Origin: Trypanosoma brucei
Lineage: Eukaryota
Direction: 5' to 3'
Length of the DNA stretch: 64,000 nucleotides
Assembly (NCBI GenBank): GCA_000002445.1
Contig: CH464491.1
Span: forward strand, 1,568,001 to 1,632,000
Shown one piece after another: positions 10,340 through 19,500 of the stretch. Below the pieces are notes generated by a model, which was not told where the DNA came from, ran no database searches, and saw nothing but the letters and a program-made list of their open reading frames with translations. Each line of letters opens with the position of its first letter. The stretch's first letter is position 1. A program made the translations under genes and the position numbers.

Positions 10340-10676
10340 CCTTCTCACTCCTTCCGAACCCGCTGTGTGTTGAAAATATTGTTTAATACTTATTTTCCTT
10401 TAAGCGGACGGTTGGAAGTGTCAGAGCTTTTGGTAAGTTGTTAGAAGATATAGGCAAAGAAAATGATTCCCGGTCCGTATTCTTAACGAACTGATCCTTT
10501 TATTTTTTCTACACGCATTCTGCCAAACTCAAGCACGCAATGCGCCATCGAGGGAAAGACTTGCATATGGGTGTCTTGAAGCACAGTTAGTGCGTGTGGG
10601 TGTGGTTTTGATTCCATTGTTGACCGCATGCCCATTGATTTTGTTGCCCTTTTTTAAATTTTGTAACATTGTTGCT

Positions 10677-10696
10677 TGTGTGTGTGTGTGTGTGTG
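10677..10696. repeat. (TG)10 microsatellite
   Basis: tgtgtgtgtgtgtgtgtgtg followed by T/A-rich low-complexity sequence. Confidence 0.9.
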
Positions 10697-11137
10697 TTTT
10701 ATTTTCAACTTTATTCATTTATTTAATAGAGCTTTATTTATCTATTTTTTTTTTTCGTTTGTGGAGTTAATGATATAGGTTCTTTACTTACCTCACCACC
10801 ACTCTTCTAATTTAGGCTAAGAGTAAGTGAGAAGCTTTAATGAGAAAATAAATAAATAAATGAGTCTGTAACTCACCTTTTGGTGTGGTCCTTTTGGGGG
10901 ATAATTTTTTTTTCTTAACCCTTGTGTCGACTTTTTTTAAAAAACTTTTCTGTTTCCTACTTTTTCATGATCTGTCTTTTTAACAACATCCGTTCATTAC
11001 ATGGTAATGTTCAAAAACACACACGCACAAAAAAAAAAGAAGAGTGAGAAAGGTAGCGAAGTCGCTATTCAATTGACTGGTCAGGTGGTGGAAGAGAGTG
11101 GCATTTCATCCTTTCACGACTATAGAGGTTTATAGTA

Positions 11138-11770
11138 ATGTCAGGAACAACTTCCATTCGAGAGGCGATAGCGCGGTTTGAAGATGCGGAATACAAACGT
11201 CGCACGATGGAGATGACAGAAGAGGCAAAAGCTGAAGCCCCGCGTGTTGTCGCCTCGGAGGAGGCTCGTGTTTTGCTAATTGGAATGCTACCTCCTATTG
11301 TGAAGATGGACAAGGACATTACGACGCTGGTGAATTGCGAACACCTTGCGCTCTCCACAAATGCCATTGAGAAGATAGGACCTGGGTTGAAAGAGCTCAA
11401 GAAACTAAAGGTTCTGTCACTCGGTCGAAATGCCATCCGAAAGATTGAGCAACTAGACATCCCGCATCTGGAACAACTGTGGCTCTCTTATAACAAAATC
11501 GACAAACTCACTGGACTGGATAAACTAAAGAGCCTTAAGGTGTTATATATGAGTAACAACCTTATCAGCAGTTGGACGGAGATTGACAGGTTGGCTAATC
11601 AATGCCCTGAACTCATTGAAGTACTTTTTAAAAACAACCCCATTCACAATAACGCCCCATCAGAAAAAGAGTACCGCTGTATGATATTGCAGAGGCTTCC
11701 ACGGTTGACGAAGCTCGATGGTGTACCAGTGGATCCGGAAGAGAAGGAAGAGGCGGAGCGCGGCCGGTAA
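11138..11770 (+). CDS. Axonemal outer-arm dynein light chain 1 (LC1, leucine-rich-repeat protein; DNAL1 family)
   Basis: ATG at 11138. The 210 aa product is collinear with Chlamydomonas/human LC1 as I remember them: IREAIARFE..., CEHLALSTNAIEKI, LKVLSLGRNAIRKIEQLD, LEQLWLSYNKIDKLTGLDKL.SLKVLYMSNNLISSWTEIDRLA, RLPRLTKLDGVPVDPEE. Six LRRs plus a C-terminal helix. Confidence 0.85.
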   Translation: MSGTTSIREAIARFEDAEYKRRTMEMTEEAKAEAPRVVASEEARVLLIGMLPPIVKMDKDITTLVNCEHLALSTNAIEKIGPGLKELKKLKVLSLGRNAIRKIEQLDIPHLEQLWLSYNKIDKLTGLDKLKSLKVLYMSNNLISSWTEIDRLANQCPELIEVLFKNNPIHNNAPSEKEYRCMILQRLPRLTKLDGVPVDPEEKEEAERGR

Positions 11771-12564
11771 GAGTGCATGAACGAACACATTCATACATTT
11801 ACATTAAGTTTGCATAGATGTGACTAACACACTGGTGGTGAGAAAGGGAACACAACTGAGTGCTCACATCAGGTAACAAATCTGCCGCTGCGACTCAGTG
11901 CGGTATTTTGGAAGCAGTGTGAAGACGAGACGGTAAAAAGGTGCTGAACTTCAAGTCAGTAAGTCGGCAGCTATCGGTGTGTGTATGTGCTACTCGAAAT
12001 CACTCCACGGGGTTCGTTTTTCTTTTTTTCAGATTCGGTGTTTTAGATGTACGCCTCCAAATGTGTTAAGGAGACAAAGAAATTAAAGAAAAGAGAAGGT
12101 AATGGTGAGAAGGAGGATGTAAGAGAGCCCAGAGAAAATAAAAGAATCTCTCACATATCCTCTGTTTTCTCCTCTTCTTTGTATGTGTTTTGTGTGTTTT
12201 GGTTCCTTCTGCCTTGTATGTGAGTGAAAAAATAACGTGTGGTGATGAATGGTGCAAGGGAAGGAGGAGTTGTGACCTGCTAAGGAACTGTAACTGAATT
12301 ACTTTTACCTATGTGGTGACGTGCGTAAGTAGTAGAAGCAAAGAAAGAGGAAAAGTTGGCATGTTACTGCAGTGGAGGTTTATCTCCTGTTTATGTAAAT
12401 TTGACTCCTACCACTAGGGATATCACTTCCTGACATAGTGGCAAGCTATGAAATGTTATCATTAGATGAATGAATACTTACCACTACTGTTATCATCCCC
12501 TTCACGCTGAATGGATCGTGAGGGAGTGAGATATTCAACACCTTGTGCTCAAAAGAATGCAAAA

Positions 12565-12640
12565 TTTTTTTTTATCAGTTCAATTTAAGAACTTTTTTCC
12601 ACCACGTTTGTTTCCCCTATTGACTGTAGCTGTTTTTCAA
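12565..12640 (+). promoter_or_regulatory. Polypyrimidine tract; candidate SL-acceptor/polyadenylation-guide region upstream of the SNF2 gene
   Basis: T9 run then C/T-rich sequence (tttttttttatcagttcaatttaagaacttttttccaccacgtttgtttcccctattgactgtagctgtttttcaag) with AG dinucleotides at ~12627 and ~12640, just upstream of ATG 12660. Confidence 0.45.
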
Positions 12641-12659
12641 GAAAGTGAGTGCGCACCAA

Positions 12660-15600
12660 ATGGATGGCGATGAATTATTCGTTTTAACACCCAGTGACGA
12701 TGGGGACTTAAGCCAAGCAGGAGACGAAGGGAAGGGTGGCCCCGAAGGCAATGAAAACAGAGAGGGCTCATCAACGGCAGCATCCGCTTCCATCACCGAA
12801 TTGGAGTTTCTGTTTTTACGTAAACCTTTAAATGCTCCGCTGGTCAAAGGGTCTATAACCTACGGTAAATTAAACGAAGGTAACGCGCAGAACCAACAAA
12901 GTCCACAAGTTCAGGTTGATGTGAAGAAGGAGGAATCATCGTCGTCAAACGGTGGCGTTTCACTAGGTGTGGGTAGCGATGTACAACGCGTAACAATTGA
13001 GAGTAAAACAGCAAGTACCCTTTTGTCCACGAATGTACAGGCAGAGGCGGCAGTTAATATCAGAATGCTACGTGCGATGACGTCTGCTGATGTACGTAGC
13101 GTTCTGAAACCCTTTTTCCACAAAAACCAAACCTCGATGGAATATTTCGAGAAAGTAACCACTCAGTTGAAGGAAAAAGTGATTGCTGGTAAGATTTTAG
13201 ACGAAAAGGAAAAGGACATGTTAGAACGTTGGCGACTGTTGGTGAATATATCAAACTGGGGTGACGGAAGTCGGAAAGCAGATGATGTCCTCTTTCCACC
13301 CGAACTTGTTCAACCAGCTGAAGCACTTTTGGAACCGGGGTGGAGTAGTAATAAAACGGCAGCAGACGAAACAACAGCTTGTCCACCGCCAACAAACGGT
13401 TGCAAGATATATTTGCGCGCCCATCAACTGAAGGGAATTCGTTTCATGTGGAGTATTCTGGCGGAGGGACCCGTTGGTCAGGTTCCTGCTGTTGGTTGCA
13501 TTCTTGCACACACAATGGGACTTGGGAAGACTTGTCAGGTAATCATTTTCCTTCACCTTTTCCTGGATATGTTGCGGAAAATGGGTGGAAGTTGGTACAA
13601 ATCAAAAAAAAAGCAGAGGAGGATATTAATCGTTGTACCAAAGTCGACACGGGCCGTGTGGATTGAAGAGTTTAACATGTGGTCAAAATTCTTTCCTCGC
13701 GATAAACGTATTGTTCCGTTGTCAGTGGAAGACTGCACAAGAGTAGGACAACGTGTGAGGGCGTTTAATGAATGGAAGACGAATGGTGGTGTTTTACTGG
13801 CGGGATATGAAATGCTGCTAAATGTCGCCAAGTGCATTGGAACCACTAGTCAGGAGGTATGGAACCCTTCAAGCTATGTTGATCTTCTTGTATGTGACGA
13901 AGCTCATCGTCTCAAATCTGAAAATTTACAAATTGCCAACGTGTTACGAAGCTTCAATCCACTTCGCCGGCTCCTGATCACAGGAACACCGCTGCAGAAT
14001 CACCTAAAGGAGTACTGGGCTATGGTGGACATGGCCGTTTGGAAATACTTTAACAAGCAGCGCTTCTCACAGTTCTTTGTCAGTCCAATAGAAGCCGCTG
14101 CAGACCAAAAGGCGAGCTTGGATGAGGTGACAGTTGCACGAATGAAGACTTTTGCACTTTCACGAGAGCTAAGGAATTTTGTTCAATGCGCTGATGGAAC
14201 AGCACTGAGGAAGGAACTGCCACCTTTGCACGAGTATGTTGTCGTTCTTCCGCTTTCTCAGAGTCAAGCAAAACTGTACAACGAATTTCTGCAGTTAGCA
14301 AGGCATAGTGGTGCAAGACATCGTGCCTTCCTGGAGATAGCAATAGCTATTAATAAAATTTGCGCGCATCCACAACTTCTCTATGCAACCGGATTTGCCA
14401 CAGGCGAAGAAGGACAAAGCGAAGCCTTGGGGCTACTGTCGGATGGTGAAGGGGATGATAATTTTATGACTGAATGCCCCGAGGCTGGGCAGGAAAATGT
14501 GGCCCTTCGAAGCAAACGGCGGGGGTTGTGCCAACCCCCTCCAGGGTATGTTCCCATGCCTGAAGAGGGAACCAAACTGTACGTTTCTATTTTAATAATT
14601 AAAGCGGCCGTGTTGCGGGGTGAGCGGTGCCTGTTTTTTAGTATGTCTACTAAATTGTTAGATATCTTTGAGGGCATTATAGCCGAGATGAACGATCGGT
14701 GGTTGAAGGATGGCTCTCTCAGCCGCCCCATTGTTTTCTGCAGATTGGATGGCCGTAAGACAGAGTGGGAACGGTCTGAGGCGCTACGGTCCTTTGCCTC
14801 GTCTACTGGTGCTGACCTTTTCCTTTTGAGTACTAAAGCGGGTGGTATCGGGTTGACCATTACATCCGCAACCCGTGTCATAATAGCGGATGGTAGTTTT
14901 AACCCTGCTGACGACACACAAGCTATTGGACGTGCGTATCGATATGGGCAGACTCAACCGGTTTACGCATACCGCCTTGTTTGCTATCAAACCTTTGAAC
15001 ACCGTATGTTTCAGCAGAAGTTGGCAAAGGAGTGGCTCTTCCGCACGGTTGTGGAAGAAGCCTCGTTGAAACGTGATTCGTTGTCAGGGCTCCGAATACA
15101 ACCCATTTATGAACTTCTAAACAGCAAACAAAATGTGAGAAGTGGGCCCCAACAATTGACCGACGAGCAGCGCCAATCAACAACCTCCATCACCTCTGAG
15201 GATGCCGTACTCGCCGATGTGTCGAAACACATTCTGTACGCTGAGCGACATTCCATGTTTCTACAACGGGATGAAACTACCAACCTCACTGCTGAAGAGC
15301 GATTTTTCCGGGAGGAGTATGAAAAGAACCGCCTGTTTGACACGGATAACATGCCGGATCCGGTGGAGGGAGCTCAATTGCGGGAGGTGTGGAAACAAAA
15401 CTTTCATAAAAGTCAGTTGGAGCCCCAGGCCAAAACGCTGGGTGCTTTGCTAGATAACATAATTAAGTCACGTGCCGAAGCAGACCCACAACTGGCTGAC
15501 CTCCTGAGTAAGATGGGCATTGTAAGGAAAGGAATTGATAATCTTGTGGTTGATGCAAGTGATGAACCAAACAATTCAGAAGTTACGGAGCGGCCGCAAG

Positions 15601-15866
15601 CAAACCAAAGGAATAGTCGCCGCGACGATGAAAATGAGTCGAAGGGTTACTTGCCTGAACCCAAAGCCCCACGCCTGGAGTCGGTTCCCCGCGTCCGGCG
15701 AGGTTTGGGGGGAAACACTTCCGCACAAAGTGTGCTTTCCCATTCTAATGCTGATAGCAGTTGTGTTGGCCCCTTCGAACCGCTTGTCGATCCAAAATTT
15801 TACGGAGAACTGCGACATGGGGGGAGCCCCTATCGACCCATATACGTTGATGACGATACTGTCTAG
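12660..15866 (+). CDS. SNF2-family DNA-dependent ATPase, ATRX/ARIP4(RAD54L2)-like subfamily
   Basis: Track start 12645 is GTG; first ATG is at 12660 (MDGDELFVL). Helicase motif I GCILAHTMGLGKTCQVIIFL (ATRX/ARIP4: GCILAH.MGLGKTLQV.SF), motif II LVCDEAHRLKSEN, motif III LLITGTPLQNHLKEYWAMVDM, motif V/VI LLSTKAGGIGLTITSATRVIIADGSFNPADDTQAIGRAYRYGQ. About 250 aa low-complexity N-terminus and ~290 aa C-terminal tail. No dioxygenase (JBP-type) domain. Confidence 0.85.
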   Translation: MDGDELFVLTPSDDGDLSQAGDEGKGGPEGNENREGSSTAASASITELEFLFLRKPLNAPLVKGSITYGKLNEGNAQNQQSPQVQVDVKKEESSSSNGGVSLGVGSDVQRVTIESKTASTLLSTNVQAEAAVNIRMLRAMTSADVRSVLKPFFHKNQTSMEYFEKVTTQLKEKVIAGKILDEKEKDMLERWRLLVNISNWGDGSRKADDVLFPPELVQPAEALLEPGWSSNKTAADETTACPPPTNGCKIYLRAHQLKGIRFMWSILAEGPVGQVPAVGCILAHTMGLGKTCQVIIFLHLFLDMLRKMGGSWYKSKKKQRRILIVVPKSTRAVWIEEFNMWSKFFPRDKRIVPLSVEDCTRVGQRVRAFNEWKTNGGVLLAGYEMLLNVAKCIGTTSQEVWNPSSYVDLLVCDEAHRLKSENLQIANVLRSFNPLRRLLITGTPLQNHLKEYWAMVDMAVWKYFNKQRFSQFFVSPIEAAADQKASLDEVTVARMKTFALSRELRNFVQCADGTALRKELPPLHEYVVVLPLSQSQAKLYNEFLQLARHSGARHRAFLEIAIAINKICAHPQLLYATGFATGEEGQSEALGLLSDGEGDDNFMTECPEAGQENVALRSKRRGLCQPPPGYVPMPEEGTKLYVSILIIKAAVLRGERCLFFSMSTKLLDIFEGIIAEMNDRWLKDGSLSRPIVFCRLDGRKTEWERSEALRSFASSTGADLFLLSTKAGGIGLTITSATRVIIADGSFNPADDTQAIGRAYRYGQTQPVYAYRLVCYQTFEHRMFQQKLAKEWLFRTVVEEASLKRDSLSGLRIQPIYELLNSKQNVRSGPQQLTDEQRQSTTSITSEDAVLADVSKHILYAERHSMFLQRDETTNLTAEERFFREEYEKNRLFDTDNMPDPVEGAQLREVWKQNFHKSQLEPQAKTLGALLDNIIKSRAEADPQLADLLSKMGIVRKGIDNLVVDASDEPNNSEVTERPQANQRNSRRDDENESKGYLPEPKAPRLESVPRVRRGLGGNTSAQSVLSHSNADSSCVGPFEPLVDPKFYGELRHGGSPYRPIYVDDDTV

Positions 15867-16593
15867 AAACAAAGCCACGTTATGTGAGCATGTTTGGAAA
15901 TATTTTTGTGCGCTATCGGTTAATTGGAGATATCACCTCTTAAGTAACATCACTTGTACCTTCTACCTTTGCTTCCCCCTTCTTTCCTTTCCCTCTCAGA
16001 CATGCAAAAACGTTATTTTTCACTTGTGGTGACGGAATAGAAAAAAAGAGTGAAGAAAACACAAGTAGCTTACTTCAGCAGTTCTGATTGAACAATCAGC
16101 TTCGAAATAACATTTGATGGGGACAGAAATAGAGAGAGATAAAAGGGCAAAGTGAGGTAATTGTAATGTGTTGCCCTCTACATTTTTGTATTGCTGCCGA
16201 AATTAATCTCCCTCTTCCCTGCAATCTGCTGGTAGCGTTGCCATAGTTACTGGTTTACAGTTTTAGTTATGGAAAAAAAATCCTTCGAGAGTTTTCTTGC
16301 ATTTCCTGGAGACCCCTTTCCTACCCGCTGTGTCATTGCTGGCAATATTGCCTTTTTGTTTTCTCCACACTCTTTGCTTCGCAATTATCATCGTATGACC
16401 ACTACTTGACCAAGTAACTCGTGGTGGTTTGGTTCGGTCCCCCTCCTCTCGTGCTACGAATTGCGACCCTCACCAAGACAAGGCAGAGAAGGGGAGAAGA
16501 GTGAAACTGCGATATAGGGCTAGGGGTAGTAACTCCTTCAGAAGGAAAAAAAAAGAGTTAAGACAAAGAAAAACGCGTAGCACTTCAGGAGAA

Positions 16594-19500
16594 ATGATGG
16601 GAGAGCAGGAGAACGTTCGTTTCCTTTCCCCCACTGGAATTGTGCCGTTCGCGGCGGACTCACCGCGGGGATCAGATGTGATTCGCCGCTCATTTTCTCT
16701 GCCCGCAGCAACCGTAACTTTCTCGCTTCGGCAACTCAATCGCGACAAGTGCGAAATTGCCACACCAGTAGCCGTCGAGAACTGTTTCCAAGTGTTGCAA
16801 CGGCACTTTGAACCCTATATCTCAGCTAGTGCGGTTTGCAACACTTGCCTCCCGGGTAGCAGGCTTTATTTGCGATTTAACAAACTTACAAATGCTACCT
16901 TTCATTCGGAGCCCTCCTTACTGAACGTATATGTTTACGCAGTAGATCAAGCAGAGTCACGGACCCGTGCACTTCATGGCGCGGTGCGTGAGTGGCAGAG
17001 TATGATGAAGACAAGTACGGAGGGGAGTTGTTTAGTTATGCTTTATCACCAGGATCTTGTTGATGCAACGTCAACAAGTGCCGTGCAAGCTGCGGTTTTC
17101 GGTGGCGAAATAAAAATGCCAGATCAACGCAAGGCAGAGGCAGCTGCCTCTGCCATGGGACCTTATTTTGATGAACTGGGAGCGATGAAGTTTGGACCAC
17201 AGCAAATGTGCTCTTATTTACCCAATGAGGCCCCTACCCGCATAATCGAGCGGTTAACTGCTGCGTACCGTAATCTCACAATACAACTGACTAATATCTT
17301 CAACGCTTCACAGCAGCGGAGACCCGCCTATACGCCTCGCGGAGACACAGGTTTGAATTCCCCTCCAAATGAAGCATGGAGCTTACAGAGGTGTTGGCGT
17401 GCCGGGTACGATTTGGCTGCGCATTATCTTCAATTTGGTGCTGTAAACAAGGCAATGGCCATATTTTCCCGGATGTTTGATGTGTACTACTATCATTCAG
17501 ACGATTACAATTTTTTGACGAAGAAAGAGTCAATTGAACAATTGATAAGATTAAGCGACATGTTTCATCCTGCATCTTTCCCGGTCCAGCAGGGTAGATA
17601 CCCCTCTGTTTTGCAAGATGCCGCAGAACCTGGCGCTGGCCTCCTTTTCATTGTAGTGTGTGAGATGAAGTGTGCCTTGCTGTTGGAGAGGCGCGATTTG
17701 GCCTTTGCTCGCTTTAATTCATTTTTACAGTTAGCGCGAGAGAAATTCGCTGAAGATGGTGAATCTACCAAGGTCACTAACTCCTTGCAAATTGTTTTCC
17801 TGCTTCGTTTTGCTATAACTGCGATGCAAACGAACTGGGCTCATAATGGGGCGTTGGATGACCATTCTGAAGCAAGATGTGATGGATCAGAAGCATCGTT
17901 AAGCGAACGCCAGCAGTCGCATGAGTCTTCGCAACGGAATCAACCGCACCCACAGCAGGCGCAATCGGTGACTGATATGAGCTCGCCTCTGAGAAGTGGT
18001 GATCAACCCCACGACTCTATTAGTGTGTCGGTGTTTTCCGGCAACAGCTCTATGTCGATGCCTTGGCCAGATGCCGAGGTGGAATTAGGCAAAGAGGTGA
18101 TTCACGAAACCGTTGATGTTGATCAGTCGCCAGACACCACCAAACGACTGAAAGAACTATGCAGAATGCTTAAACTAGAGTGGGTTGAAAAAAGCGTGGA
18201 AAGTGGTGGCGATAAGTTGTTCGTTCAGTTGGCAGATGAGGTATTGGAGCTAGTTTCTGATGCAGGTGCTCTTCTCGGCTATAGTGAAACCGGTGAAGTG
18301 GTGAAGGAAAGTGCAGTCGCAACATTTGGGGTTCCAGAGGTAGATTCCGTTGATGCCTTTGTTTCGTTTTACCGAGCGCTCACTGAAGCAGTAGCGCTCT
18401 ACTACCGCCTTCTCAACTATCGGCACCGCGAACACGCACTCCTTTACAAATTAGCATGTTCGTTTTCCGTAAAAGAACCCGAAAAAACAGTGAGGCTATG
18501 CCAGATTTGCCTCCTTCCATTTGTACAACAGTGTGGATGGCTCCAACTCCAGGTAATCATTCACCGCCTTTTGGTGGAGGCCATGGAACGTGTCATATGC
18601 CAACGCAAAGATCAGCAGCGGTTCGTACTTGAAGAAGATGTCACTTCAATGAAGGAGTCACTGTTGCGTCTCATCGCCGCGTGTGGAGAAAATGAACCGT
18701 TAAAACGGGAGATTGAGATGCTGGGGGGAAAAGGGTTGAATGCAGGGTCACTGTGGTGTCGCTTGCGGCGCTTCATGAGGGACGAGGGTTCGTTCCGTTT
18801 TTCACTTACAGAAGAAAATGGACCGAAGCAGGTATACGATGATGAAGGGGGTTCTGATGAGAATGCCGTTGGTTTATCGTGCTTCAAACTAACTGGTTTA
18901 TTAAAATACGCACAAGCCACTTGTCTGCGTAACAAGCCTATATTGGGTGATGCGAGTGAGTTTGGACTACTTGTCGCATCAAATGGTGGTGGCGACGACG
19001 GTAGTAGGGGATCATCTATTGGGCTGCAAGTTAACATTGGTGATACACTATATCTGTGCTTTGAGGCGCGTTGTCTGTTCAACATCCTTGAGTGTGATGA
19101 TGAGGAAGAGCAATCACAGGGACCCCATATGACTGAATCTCTCGTTCCCAGCGCTACGCTGGTGTCGAAGAAAGATTGGGACGATGATGATGAAACAATC
19201 CATATCGTGGACGTTGTGGACATTATATCCACTTACTATTCGGAACAGAACCAAAAAGTACAGTGGGTGTGGGAATTTAGGGCCTGTCACGCGGGTAATT
19301 ACCGTCTTCATGATATAACGTTCCAGGTAGGTGTGACAAAACTTGTGTACGAGCATAACGTAATTCCCCCTCTTCCTTCTGTAGAGATGTTTACCCCTAC
19401 CGAAACTACAGGCTCTCCCTTGAACAGCTTCCGTTGTGACTTCGATAAGGCGGAAACTGTGGCTTTGGGATGTCTTTTTACAGTTCCAGAACCGGATTTG

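Noticed and set aside
12660-15866. Considered calling the SNF2 gene JBP2 (base-J thymidine hydroxylase-SNF2 fusion) because of kinetoplastid context and similar length
   Set aside because: The N-terminal 250 aa is low complexity with no Fe(II)/2OG dioxygenase HxD...H motif. The SNF2 core sits near the N-terminal third rather than the C-terminal half, and motif I matches the ATRX/ARIP4 signature.
4758-15866. Possible functional 'operon' of DNA-transaction genes (RFC1, MND1, ATRX-like SNF2; later YL1)
   Set aside because: Kinetoplastid polycistrons are not functionally organised. Interleaved genes (dynein LC1, orphan proteins, eIF1, formin) are unrelated, so the co-occurrence is most simply coincidental.
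16428-16445. tRNA-like T-loop resemblance (ggttcggtcc) near 16431
   Set aside because: No acceptor stem, anticodon arm or A/B box arrangement around it, and it lies in the 5' leader of a protein gene. No convincing tRNA, rRNA or SL-RNA gene found anywhere in the window.
18612-19232. 206-aa - strand ORF (also 34198-34800, 14381-14917, 19917-20429, 11065-11460, 6062-6463)
   Set aside because: All are embedded antisense in long + strand coding regions with stronger support. Kinetoplastid directional clusters do not interleave opposite-strand genes. Stop-codon-poor antisense frames are expected at ~50% GC.
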